NCBI RefSeq assembly: GCF_039654945.1
Contig: NW_027361738.1
Span: forward strand, 9,796,001 to 9,860,000
Direction: 5' to 3'
Origin: Dendrobates tinctorius
Taxonomy: Eukaryota
DNA length: 64,000 bases
In this document: in pieces, positions 28,170 to 40,593 of the stretch
How positions within the stretch are numbered: the first letter of the stretch is position 1
Layout: each line of letters starts with the position of its first letter
Translations under genes and position numbers: made by a program
Notes under the pieces: generated by a model
Database searches by the model: none
The model's input: only the letters and a program-made list of their open reading frames with translations
What the model was told of the DNA's origin: nothing

Positions 28170-30218
28170 TCAGTGTTTCCTCAGCCTCAGTGCACCCTCA
28201 TCTTCAGTGCTCCCTCATCCTCGCTGCTCCCACCAGCCTCAGTGCTCCCTCAGCCTCAGTGCTCCCTCATCCTCAGTGCTCTCTCATCCTCAGAGCTTCC
28301 TCATCCTCAGTGCTCCCTCAGCCTCAGTGCTCCCTCAGCCTCAGTGCCCCCTCATCTTCAGTGCTCCCTCATCCTCAGTGCTCCCCCCAGCCTCAGTGCT
28401 CCCTCAGCCTCAGTGCACCCTCATCCTCAGTGCTCCCCCAGCCTCAGTGCTTCCTCAGCCTCAGTGCTCCCTCATCCTCAGTGCTTCCTCATCCTCAGTG
28501 CTCCCCCAGCCTCAGTGCTTCCCCAGCCTCAGTGCTCCCTCAGCCTCAGTGCTTCCTCATCCTCAATGCTCCTCCAGCCTCAGTGCTCCCTCAGCCTCAG
28601 TGCTTCCTTATCCTCAGTGCTCCCCCAGCCTCAGTGCTCCCTCAGCCTCAGTGCTTCCTCATCCTCAGTGCTCCCCCAGCCTCAGTGCTTCCTCATCCTC
28701 AGTACTCCCTCAGCCTCAGTGCTCCCTCAGCCTCAGTGCTCCCTCAGCCTCAGTGCTCCTCCAGCCTCAGTGCACCCTCAGCCTCAGTGCTCCACCAGCC
28801 TCAGTGCTCCTCCAGCCTCAGTGCACCCTCAACCTCAGTGCTCCCTCAGCCTCAGTGCTCCCTCAGCCTCAGTGCTTCCTCATCCTCAGTGCTCCCTCAG
28901 CCTCAGTGCTTCCTCATCCTCAGTGCTCCCTCAGCCTCAGTGCTCCACCAGCCTCAGTGCTTCCTCAGCCTCAGTGCTCCACCAGCCTCAGTGCCCCCTC
29001 AGCCTCAGTGCTCCACCAGTCTCAGTGCTCCCTCACCCTCAGTGCTCCCTCATCCTCAATGCCTACTCAGCCTCAGTGGTCCCTCAGCCTCAATGCCTCC
29101 TCAGCCTCAGTGCTCCTCCAGCCTCAGTGCTCCCTCAGCCTCAGTCCTCCCTCATCCTCAATGCCTCCTCAGCCTCAGTGCTCCCTCAGCCTCAGTGCTT
29201 CCTCGTCCTCAGTGCTCCCTCAGCCTCAGTGCTTCCTCGTCCTCAGTGCTCCCTCAGCCTCAGTGCTCCTCCAGCCTCAGTGCACCCTCAACCTCAGTGC
29301 TCCCTCAGCCTCAGTGCTCCCTCAGCCTCAGTGCTTCCTCATCCTCAGTGCTCCCTCAGCCTCAGTGCTTCCTCATCCTCAGTGCTCCCTCAGCCTCAGT
29401 GCTCCACCAGCCTCAGTGCTTCCTCAGCCTCAGTGCTCCACCAGCCTCAGTGCCCCCTCAGCCTCAGTGCTCCACCAGCCTCAGTGCTCCCTCAACCTCA
29501 GTGCTCCCTCAGCCTCAGTGCTCCCTCATCCTCAATGCCTACTCAGCCTCAGTGGTCCCTCAGCCTCAATGCCTCCTCAGCCTCAGTGCTCCTCCAGCCT
29601 CAGTGCTCCCTCAGCCTCAGTGCTCCCTCATCCTCAATGCCTCCTCAGCCTCAGTGCTCCCTCAGCCTCAGTGCTTCCTCGTCCTCAGTGCTCCCTCAGC
29701 CTCAGTGCTTCCTCGTCCTCAGTGCTCCCTCAGCCTCAGTGCTCCTCCAGCCTCAGTGCTCCTCCAGCCTCAGTGCACCCTCAACCTCAGTGCTCCCTCA
29801 GCCTCAGTGCTCCTCCAGCCTCAGTGCACCCTCAACCTCAGTGCTCCCTCAGCCTCAGTGCTCCCTCAGCCTCAGTGCTTCCTCATCCTCAGTGCTCCCT
29901 CAGCCTCAGTGCTTCCTCATCCTCAGTGCTCCCTCAGCCTCAGTGCTCCACCAGCCTCAGTGCTTCCTCAGCCTCAGTGCTCCACCAGCCTCAGTGCCCC
30001 CTCAGCCTCAGTGCTCCACCAGCCTCAGTGCTCCCTCAACCTCAGTGCTCCCTCAGCCTCAGTGCTCCCTCATCCTCAATGCCTCCTCAGCCTCAGTGCT
30101 CCCTCAGCCTCAGTGCTTCCTCGTCCTCAGTGCACCCTTAACCTCAGTGCTTCCTCAGCCTCAGTGCTCCCTCAGCCTCAGTGCTCCCTCAGCCTCAGTG
30201 CTCCCTCAGTCTCAGTGT
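28170..30218. repeat. 17-bp minisatellite (CCTCAGTGCTCCCTCAG)n, ~120 copies, degenerate 5' edge from ~28045
   Basis: Direct periodicity; 17-aa period in all three + frame translations. Confidence 0.96.
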
Positions 30219-30369
30219 TCCCCCGGCATGGCTGTGGAGGAGCAGATGTGTAGAAAGCCTGAGTTCCACTGCACATTACATGCCTCTATGAAGCTCGAGC
30301 AAGTGACGATCTGTTGCTTCCCTTGAGATGGCTACAAAGAAAAGGGCCCATAGTCTCAGCTTGTCAATT

Positions 30370-30533
30370 TCCCCATGTGATCACATGACCAGCACCTCCC
30401 TGCTTAAGGATGGGGATAGATCTCCACGTCAGCTTACGTCTTCAAATTTCTACTTCACGGATCTGCTTCAAAGAGGCAGCTGCATTAGAGAACCATGTTA
30501 AGCTCGGCTAATGCGGACAGCCCGAGGTAGCTA
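30370..30533 (+). promoter_or_regulatory. hoxa11 proximal promoter / 5'UTR with uORFs
   Basis: ATCACATGACC, CCACGTCAGCTTACGTC and CTTCAAAGAGGCAGCTGCA resemble the vertebrate HOXA11 leader as recalled; uAUGs at 30495 and 30511. Confidence 0.75.
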
Positions 30534-31146
30534 ATGATGGATTTTGATGAGCGTGTTCCCTGCTCCTCTAACATGTACTTGCCAAGTTGCACTTACTACG
30601 TCTCGGGTGCTGATTTCTCCAGCCTTCCTTCCTTTCTACCCCAGACCCCATCTTCTCGTCCAATGCCCTACTCCTACTCCTCCAACCTCGCCCAGGTGCA
30701 GCCGGTGAGAGAGGTTACCTTCAGGGAGTACGCCATTGACACCTCGTCTAAGTGGCACCCCAGGAGCAATCTGCCCCACTGCTACTCAGCTGATGACATG
30801 ATGCACAGGGACTGCGCGGGCACCGCCGCCATGGGGAACAGCTCCAACGTCTACCACCCCAATGCCAACCTGCCCTCCAATTTCTACAGCACTGTGGGCA
30901 GGAATGGGGTGCTGCCGCAAGCCTTTGATCAGTTCTTTGAGACAGCCTATGGCAGCCCGGACAGCAGCAGCCAGCAACCCTCGGATTATTCTGTGGACAA
31001 ACACTGCGACAAAATGCCCTCTGCGACAACTTCAAGTTCGGAGCCCTGCAGGGAGGCAGAAGAGAAGGAGAGGAGGACGGAGAGCAGCAGCAGCAGCCAC
31101 AGCAGCTCATCTTCCGGCAACACTGAGGACAAAGCCAATGTGTCCA
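30534..31146 (+). CDS. hoxa11: Homeobox protein Hox-A11, exon 1
   Basis: [25 protein letters not shown]...[25 protein letters not shown]; phase-1 donor A|GTACGT. Confidence 0.95.
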
Positions 31147-31165
31147 GTACGTATGAGAGCAGCAG

Positions 31166-31277
31166 CGCCTGCCCTGCCTGTCGCACCGCCTGCCCTGCCT
31201 GTCGCACCGCCTGCCCTGCCTGTCGCACCGCCTGCCCTGCCTGTCGCACCGCCTGCCCTGCCTGTCGCACCGCCTGC
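31166..31277. repeat. Perfect 21-bp tandem repeat x5.3 at the start of the hoxa11 intron
   Basis: (CGCCTGCCCTGCCTGTCGCAC)5. Confidence 0.95.
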
Positions 31278-31289
31278 ATCTAGCGCTGC

Positions 31290-31435
31290 GCTGTTAAACT
31301 TTTATATGCTGTTTTATAAGCGTATAAGCTTTATGGAGGCCTTTAGATTTCCCTCAACAAAACTTTCTTATAAAAGGCAAGATCACGTGTTTAGCACTGA
31401 AATTGGCCGTGAAACAGCAGCGACCAATAGATGCC
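31290..31435. promoter_or_regulatory. hoxa11 intronic element: posterior-Hox/Cdx sites, E-box and CCAAT boxes
   Basis: TTTTATA, TTTTATAAG, TTTATGG, TTATAAAA, GATCACGTGT (31381), ATTGG, CCAAT. Confidence 0.6.
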
Positions 31436-32175
31436 TTAAGACAATCCTTCCCCCCTTTTTTTCCCCTTTTAAAAACTCTGAGGTCGGTTTGTTAGAGAGT
31501 ATAGTGAGTAAAGAATGTGCTCCAATAAAACGATAGAGTAACCCGGCATGGCTTCATCTCATGGCCTGCCAGCAGGAATTCCCTGCCACAATGGGAGCGA
31601 ATGTAGACACACAGGTGTCGCTGGGACGTGCGCTAAACAATGTGCGACGGGCATCAGGCACCTAATGCAGGGGCCAAATACCAGCCGGCAACATGGCACT
31701 GAGCTCATGGAGCTCGGCTTGGAATCTGTGGACCTAAGTATGGCGGTGGGTGCTGTACTCAGCTGAAGGGGGAACACATAGGTCATTCCCTCCATTGTAC
31801 TATGGGTAGTTTTCCAAATATATTTGCAATGTTGCTTTTGTATTTGTTTTTTTTTTCTTGTTCATGTTTCCAATTATTAAGAAAAAAAATGTGTAGCTGA
31901 ATATTGTAATATGTATCAATGGTCTACAACAACACTTGTAATTACTTGAAATATCTATCTACTATCTATCTATCTATCTATCTATGTATCTATCTATCTA
32001 TGCACCTATTCTGTACAATTAGAATATATATCACTTATATACACACATATAATATCACTTTGTAGCGAAAATCTTTTTATCTATTTGTGCACATTTAGAA
32101 AAAAAATATACATATTTATGCAATACATTTATATACACACGTGTAATATAATTTTATATATGAATTCCAACTCTC

Positions 32176-32219
<44 letters not shown>

Positions 32220-32287
32220 GATCTATCTATCAATCTATCTATAGATCTATCTCTCTATGTTATTGTCTACAGTTAAATAAATATATA

Positions 32288-32363
32288 TACCGCTCAAAGA
32301 AATAAGGGGAACACAAACAGCCTGTTGCAAATGGAATAGTGTTCCCTTTTTTTTTTAGCAGTA
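32288..32363. mobile_element. Tc1-type mini-MITE (copy 3) in the hoxa11 intron
   Basis: TACCGCTCAAAGAAATAAGGGGAACAC ... GTGTTCCCTTTTTTTTTTAGCAGTA within a TA tract. Confidence 0.7.
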
Positions 32364-32466
32364 TATATATATATATATATATATACACACAGTATAATGT
32401 TCATATATGAACTCGCCCCTCTCTCTCATCTACCTGTCTATCTATCTATTAAACTATGTATCTATC

Positions 32467-32516
<50 letters not shown>

Positions 32517-32654
32517 AAAAAAAGAAAACTGAAGGCAGCACCAGCAAACAATGCAGCAATACGGATGCCAAACATTCCAGGCATAGACAAATCCTCCAAA
32601 TAATAATAACAAATGGACTGCTTTTCCCTAAATAGTGTGCTGCCTTAATTTTTT
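32517..32654. mobile_element. Degenerate PLE-like terminal remnant in (TATC)n, hoxa11 intron
   Basis: A-run+AAGGCAGCAC (32532) ... GTGCTGCCTT+T-run (to 32654) inverted ends, like the 10692, 45470 and 62590 elements. Confidence 0.45.
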
Positions 32655-32853
32655 CTAATCATCTATCTATTTTATCTATTGAACATCATGCACACTCCAG
32701 ACAATTTTGCCGCATGGACAATCAGTACCTTGCAGGTTTTTTTGCCTGCAGCACTAGGTATCCTCAGCCCTCGGGCTTCAGTCCTGCTGTAAATGACTCT
32801 ATTTGATGGGCTGATGCATCTGTAACAATGCAGTTTTTATTTTTGCTCCACAG

Positions 32854-33086
32854 GTGGCCAACGTACCCGTAAAAAGAGGTGTCCTTATACCAAATATCAA
32901 ATTAGGGAACTGGAAAGGGAATTTTTCTTCAGTGTCTATATAAACAAAGAAAAGAGGCTACAGTTATCACGAATGCTCAATTTAACCGACCGACAAGTCA
33001 AGATCTGGTTTCAGAATAGGAGGATGAAAGAGAAAAAAATTAACAGGGACCGACTCCAATATTACTCTGCCAACCCTCTGCTATGA
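32854..33086 (+). CDS. hoxa11: Homeobox protein Hox-A11, exon 2 (homeodomain)
   Basis: Acceptor TTTTGCTCCACAG|; [76 protein letters not shown]; spliced CDS 846 nt / 281 aa (not in ORF track). Confidence 0.97.
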
Positions 33087-35396
33087 GAGTCCCAGTACTG
33101 AGAGTCCCAGCATTGCCCGGATCTATGGCGGTGGGTCTGTGGATTTCTGTCAGAACTCTAGGAAGTGGAAGCCTTCCTTCTGCAGTGGAATGCCTCTTGT
33201 ATCCGGCGAGGATAAGAGTTGTAGTACTGACTCCATTTCCTGTGCTTGGATGCAGCAGGCATAAGAAAAATAAAGACACAAGCATTTCTATGCGTTAATG
33301 CAACAGGACAAAGGGCATTGCAAGTAACATTAGGTACGGATTTAAAGGACCAATTTGATTAAACGGTTCGGTTATGATGTCCTAATACCTTTGGATGATC
33401 TACAAGTCTTCTATTTGTTTAGCAGTCTTCTTCATATATAAAACTGCGCCCATACAGCTCCGGATACTTTCACACTTGCATTAAACAACATGAAAATTGG
33501 GGGGAAAAAATAAATATAAAGTCACTTGTATTTATGTAGTTTAATTTCCAAGCGTCCTGCTGTCTCGCTTGTTCTTCTCCTTATCGATCAGTTTACATAT
33601 GTGGTCTATGAGACATGCACTTTGATTGCTAATATCAATCCCTGCCTGTGACTGTCCTGTGCAAAGCCACAGATACAAATCAGGCATCTCCTATCTATAG
33701 TAATGAACCTGTTTAAATGAGCAGCCAAGACAATGCTGAAACCACCACGGAGAGGAAATAATCAATAACCTGCATAGTATCTCTTATCCCTCTTCATACC
33801 AAATACAGTCAGCTGAATTATTTTACTCTGAATTGATGTGACCAGGCAATAGTTTATGTCAGATGAAATCTCATTTAAATATATAAATATATATAAGACC
33901 TAAAAAGAACCAAAGTTATTAAAAGTGATTATATTTGAAATGATATATGAGTTTATGGGACATGATAAACTATTTGTACTTTATCCGTTTGAATGTATGC
34001 TTCATATGTTTTACTAAAAAAAAAAGTTGTAAATAAATGTCATTTGGTATTTGGTTGAGAGAAGCCTTTTTACACATCTGTTCTTGTGATTTTTACATTT
34101 TGCTACAGATTACTTGTTTAATGTTGGTTTTGTCACTCCTTCAGCATTTATGAAGTTTACTGGGGGAAAGGAGGGGGGGGGGTGAATGAAAATCTTTGGC
34201 ACAGAGGTCCCTATATGTCACTGTTTCTTCACAGATGAATATTTTATATGTCTGTAGCGTTTGTCCGATGCAGATCTTAGTGGGTTGCATGTTCACAACA
34301 AGAGAGCGCACAAGTCAAATAAATCTGGTTGAATTGTTTCATTTGTGTTGACTTTTTTTTTTTTTCTTCTGAGATTTCAAATTGCACCTGCAATGCATGA
34401 TTGATCTGCTGCAGATAAAGTACAGTATTAGAATTTTCTCATCCTCATTAGATTTCCCCTGTAAATGCAGCTGATTGTGCAGCCTCAGCAAGAAGAAGGT
34501 CACTGATTGAGAACTATTGATTGGGAGATGAATCCCTTGTCTCATCCATGATGCTTGTGGTGACATGATCCATTATAGGGGTCTTGTTTGGGTAATGCAA
34601 GTTTTAAAACTATATACCTCGTGTATTACCTGAATGACTTGGATTCATCTGGTTACTAGCTGCTATGATGCTATTTATGACAGCTAATGGGCAGCAAACA
34701 AGGAATTGTATTCTTTTTTATTATTATTACTTTCATATTATATTGGATTTCCCTCTTTATTCCTTACTTTCTAGTAGCTTTTTGGCTTTGAACTTCTCTG
34801 GAGCTATTGTTGGACATCACACATAACCTTGGGAGGAATGTCTAGCATTCTGTGGTCTCCCTATTGTTTACAGAATTCTTTAGTGTTTATATTTTACTAA
34901 AAGAGAAATGTCAAACATTGCCCACCATGACGCATACCTCTATGTGTACAGCATTTAGTGTTTTATTTTATTATTTTGTATGGGAGATTTGAGGAGGGCT
35001 ACAAACATCAACATCATTCTAAAATAAGAAGTACAAAAAAATAGATAGCAAGAAGAATGTCAATGAGACGTTTACAGGATATTTCCTTTTTGGGTTAAAT
35101 ATTAACTAGCTTCTCTTACAAATGCTCCAGACCCTAGAGGCCTGCAGTATATCCTCCAGTCTTTGGTCTGACCCAATAAAAGAACATGCTCACTGTTGCT
35201 AAGGTAATTTGGTAATAAAACGTGTCTGTGATTTGTGATTTGCATATTTGGAATGCGAGGCTGTAAACTAAGCACAGGATAAGCAGCCATTTCTCTGAAT
35301 TCAGTAATATCAGTACTATCCAACAGTTGCTTCAATGGACGTTGTACATGCCTTTATTAGAAAAAAAAAAAAGCAAACATTCTGCAAGGCAGTGAG

Positions 35397-35415
35397 TGGC
35401 CACCAGATGGCGCTG
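35397..35415 (+). promoter_or_regulatory. CTCF motif between hoxa11 and hoxa10
   Basis: TGGCCACCAGATGGCGCTG, near-perfect consensus. Confidence 0.8.
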
Positions 35416-35691
35416 CGCCGATCAATGTCAAAGCCGCTGTGCTGAGGAAAGCCAATACTAAGGTACTGGCCTTTTGTTCTTTGCTTATCAAGCAAGGAGA
35501 CTCTTTAGTGACTTTTGTTTTTGTGTCTTTAGAAGAAAAGTCTGCCAGTCACTAGTTAATTAAAACAAGTTGCTTGTTTGGGAAATGCAGACAAAATTCC
35601 ACATTCTGAAAAATATAATTATTGTGATGGTTGGGGAAGATGTGGTGAGTAAAGGGGTGGGCATTGTATTCACAAGAAGCTTAATGAAGAC

Positions 35692-35749
<58 letters not shown>

Positions 35750-37800
35750 AGATAGATAGATAGATAGATAGATAACAAAATATCTATGTCTATCTATCTA
35801 GTATTTTAGATTCAAATATGATATTGTATATATATGGATAGATAGATAAATACATAGAAAATTAGATGATATATAGATAAAGAGATGATATATAAATAAA
35901 TATATAGATAGATAGATATATAGATAGATAGATAGATAAATATATGAATAAACTTATGTAGGTTCATAGATAGATTTCCCAAATTCTGCAATGCAGATGA
36001 ACATGAAAAAGGTAGAAGATTGTGCAAGTTGTACAAAAGTAAATGTATGCTGGAGTATACCATCTATTTACTGGTTTGCAAAGCAGGTGAAATGAGATAT
36101 AATAGATAAATAAGAAAAATATATATTTAGACTAGAATAAAAGATAACCTGTTGAGTTGGTAGCTATATAAATAACTAAATATCTGGGTGAACATCCCAC
36201 TTTAAATTGTTCACATTGCCAATAAACTGTAAGCACAAATGATTTATTTCACAATGCTTTAACATCACATTTATATATCAGCAGGTTTGGGAAGCAATCC
36301 TACATCATCAGCATTTGGCCCAAGCTTTAAATAGTTAATAAAACTTGCCTGAATTTCTCATGTTTACTTTCTAAATAATTTCCAGTAATGTTACAGTGAT
36401 GTCATGGGTGATGCCTCCTCGCATAGTTCACGCCATTCACTGTTATGACAATCTCCTAGTGATTACAAGTCTTGATAACATTCTGGACTGCAGGAAACAC
36501 ACAGTTTAGCATTAAGTATTTCTTTAAACTTGATCCAAAAGAATGTATAAATATTGTAAAAGAGCCAATAACTACATGACCAGTATTCTCTCAAACGCTA
36601 TGAAATATTAAAAACAAAAGCAGTAGGATAATTAATGGCAAATATTAAACAGCAATATGTGTGCTGATAACATTTTAACTGCCCTCCAAGGGACATTGTA
36701 TTACCTTGCTATACACTGGATATGTAACTATAAACATTATAAGTTATCACCTTAAATTGATGCATACTTATCTTTGGAGTGTATAGTATTTATTTCTACA
36801 ACCTCACAGCTGCATGGTATAATGGTATACACTGTGGGGCCTTTACTCCAATCTCCAAGTCCTTGTATTCCATATCAGTGTAGTTTAGAGAATGAATTCA
36901 GAAAGTTTCATCCTGTCCCCACTAAAATATATTTCATTTTACTTGATATTTATGCAATTAAAATTGCTAAAAAAAAATATAGTATAATATTTCCATTGAC
37001 TAGCATTTGCAAATGATGGAGACACACGTGCATCCTTTACAACTCATCAATAATACATACATCATTGAATTATTTAATCATCATAGAAGCATTCCAGGCA
37101 TGAAACGTGGACTAATACATGCTCAATACTATTATATCTACTATTATCTATCTATGTATTTCTAATTATCTATCTATATCTAATTATCTATCTATTTATC
37201 TATCATCTATCGAATTATCTATTTATCTATCTATCATCTATCTATTTATATATATCTCTCTCTACCTATCTATCTAATCATCTTTCTAATTATCTATCTA
37301 TCTATCTATCTATTATCTATCTATCTATTTATCTATGTATTATCTATCTATCTATTGTCTATCTATCTATTGTCTATCTATCTACCTAACTACTCACCTA
37401 ATTATCTATCTCTCTATTTTTTCTCCTTGCCGATAGATGGAAAAATAGCTGGATAGATACTTTCTGATGTAGTTGTTTTGTGTCAGTAGTGATATTGTTT
37501 TTCTGTAGTGTGGTATGGATTGGGATATTTGTCTTTGTAGGAGGTATTTGTCACTAAACTTGGCACCACAGAGCCCTATATCTGATTCTAAGCACCACCT
37601 TGGATCCGGTCCAGAGGAAAATAAAAGTATTTGGCAACCGCACACATTCCTGACAGTTTACAGTTGTCAAATAAGAAAATTAGAACAAAGGCAACTTACA
37701 GGCCAGGAAACCTATCACATAAACTTTGACATATGTATAGTTCTAGTGATGTTATATATTTGTGTGTGTTTGTGTGTGTGTGTGTGGGTGGGTGTGTGTG

Positions 37801-37849
<49 letters not shown>

Positions 37850-40418
37850 CTGTTCATTAATATATATTAATTTATGCAACAAGAAATGTATATACACACA
37901 TATTCATAGTATATCAGACGCATGTCTGTGTAGTTGCATTTCATGCTGCATTGCTTATAGCTTGCATTGTGTTGTATTCATTCTCTTTAGGGCATTTCTT
38001 TTTTTTAATTTTGACAGTCGAATTGTTTTGCATCCTTGGCGCTGTCTAGGCAGAGTTGCTCCCCTACAGTCCATTCTGCCCTATTATGAGCACCAGGCTT
38101 CTCTCCTGCTCCTGTTAGGGGAAAATCTCCATTCACATCAGACCGATTTACTCTTGAAAGGAGATTTCAGTCGGTATTTAAAAAGTAGTTTGGCACAAAG
38201 CAGCTTTTTTTCTCTCCTTTAATCTCCGAACTGACCATTTATCCTTTATAGTTAAGATTTAAATGTGTTGTATTAGTCTTCCTTGACTGAGCTTGATGAT
38301 ACTTCGTTTACTATTTGCCTGGCTTTTGTTGGTGATTAAAGTAAAGAATGGATCCCGCACAGCATTCGGCTATTAAACTTCATGAACTAGACGTGTGCCT
38401 GGCTATAAAAGGCATCCACATCTCTGTGTATAAACACGAGTGCACTCATCCAATCTCCCATACCCACGATAGATCATATTCCATCATACTAACACACAAG
38501 TCATGAATGTAATAATTGTGTCAAGCAGCTGCCCATCCACACAACAACACAACCCACCGGTCAGGAGACTTACTATTGAACATGGCCATTGAGACAGCAT
38601 GTGACAAAGCTTCTTGGTGGGTCCTTCTCATCAAATAATCTTTTTTTTTTTTTTTTTTTTCAATTGGGCACAGTTGTATTTTTTTTTTAAAGAAAAAGCT
38701 ATAAGAAAAATATTGAAATATGTAGCTGACATGCATCTTCAGGTCGACTGATGGTGCTATTCCACTATTATAACTTAATGTAAAAAGTAATTATTTGTTT
38801 CTTTAAATTAACAATTGTCATTACTTCATTTCTCATTTAGTTTCTCCACAACAGCACTAACATATATCCGTGGTGTGATATCCCAGGATACTATGAATTA
38901 CTACATAAATAAATGTCCACATAGCTAAAAGGTTGTACCTGAATAATCTGCAACTATTTAGTACTTTTGGGATTATTGTCCCATATTTTGAACCATCTCT
39001 ACAGCTGCTAAGGTTATATTGCTGCTGTTGTTGTGGTTGGTATCAATCCTTTCACATAAAGACTTGTAATTGTTATTTTTGTGCTATATCTTGTTGCACT
39101 GTCTATTGTTTTTTTTTTTTAATACAAAATACAGATTATGTTAGTGGTGCTGATCTATGAATTCCATGTTTTCTAGCAATGCTGAGTGTGCATTGAAGAA
39201 GGCTGTATGCCTGTATAATAGGTGGATTCATTGCCATTATAGAAAAAGATTTTACAAGGAGAAGTAAAGTGTTTTACTAGGGTGCAATAGGGAGGAGAGG
39301 CTTCTAGTATGCAGTGAGCGTCCAGCAGTGCACAGACCTTGGAGAGGGCCCCTAGGCTTCCCATTCTTACAGAAACATCTGAACTCTGCTCCTTTCATAT
39401 GCCCTTCCCAGAAGAAAGCCACAAGTGGAGGCTAATAAAAATGTAGCCCAGAGTTTAAGAAGCAGATATGTGCCTTGTGCTTGTAGAAGCAGCCTGGGTC
39501 TTGCTCTAGTGTTGTCTACACAACGTCTGAAAGCCAAGGGTAAGTGCTCTGGGGATGGCTAAAATGCTGCACTGATTTACATACTAAATCAACTAATAAA
39601 CCTTCTGATTCCTCTGACTTTTCACACCACATCCGATCCCACCGGTGCGGTTTGCAGAAAGTCATATTTTATCGAATCATCTCAATGTTTCCTTCCAGCC
39701 TTATAAATAAATGGGACACAACATAGGACTTATTAACAAAATATCACCACAGACCTGTAAACACTATTCACACGAGTAGTTTTCATCTGCTCAATAACGC
39801 AAGGATGTTAGGACACCAGAACAAACAGGTCGTATAGATACCGCCACACGATATACATTGTATGCAACACACATACACAAAGTCCCAACCAATGCTCGCA
39901 GCTTCTAACACACAACTTTTTTTTGTAAAAGTAGAGTTCAAGCAATGTATTTCAGTAGGGCGATATATCGATGAGTTGCTGATTTATTTAAGTATGTGAT
40001 GCGATATTATGTTTTGCTGTGGTATTAATGATTTTAACAAATCAGTTATTTTATTTCTCGTTTTTTTTTCTCATCCTAAATTTTGATCAGGATTTGCTTT
40101 TCCCATAATATAACACATCACATCTTTATATTCTGAAGGCTCCTTCCATGGCACAAATCACATCCTAGATTTATATCATGAAAATATTTTGTTTCATAAA
40201 AAGACAGTGAATAAATAATGATAGAAAAACGACTAACCCATATAATATAATGTCATCTAGCACCTAAAACTTAAACACTGCGAATGGATTTAAAAAAGAA
40301 GGCTGGTGGGGGAAAAAAAAAGTTTATGTACATTATTAATTTAAGGAAATCATCTTGTATGTTGGTGCAAAGGTGCAAATTGTTTAAACACTTCATAGGG
40401 AAACTGCTATTAATATCT

Positions 40419-40454
<36 letters not shown>

Positions 40455-40593
40455 AGGTCGAGCTTAGATGAACCTTTGCATACGAAAGTGCTCTGGGAGG
40501 GGTTGATGGCTGGGCCTGAGCTGTCATTGGCTGCATGCATTTGCAGTGGTGCAGGGCTATCTCTAATCATATTCAGCATGTTTTGCACAAGAA

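Noticed and set aside
28028-30326. Three 680-740 aa Ser/Pro/Gln-rich ORFs
   Set aside because: All three frames give the same 17-aa cycle from a 17-bp unit; this is a repeat artefact.
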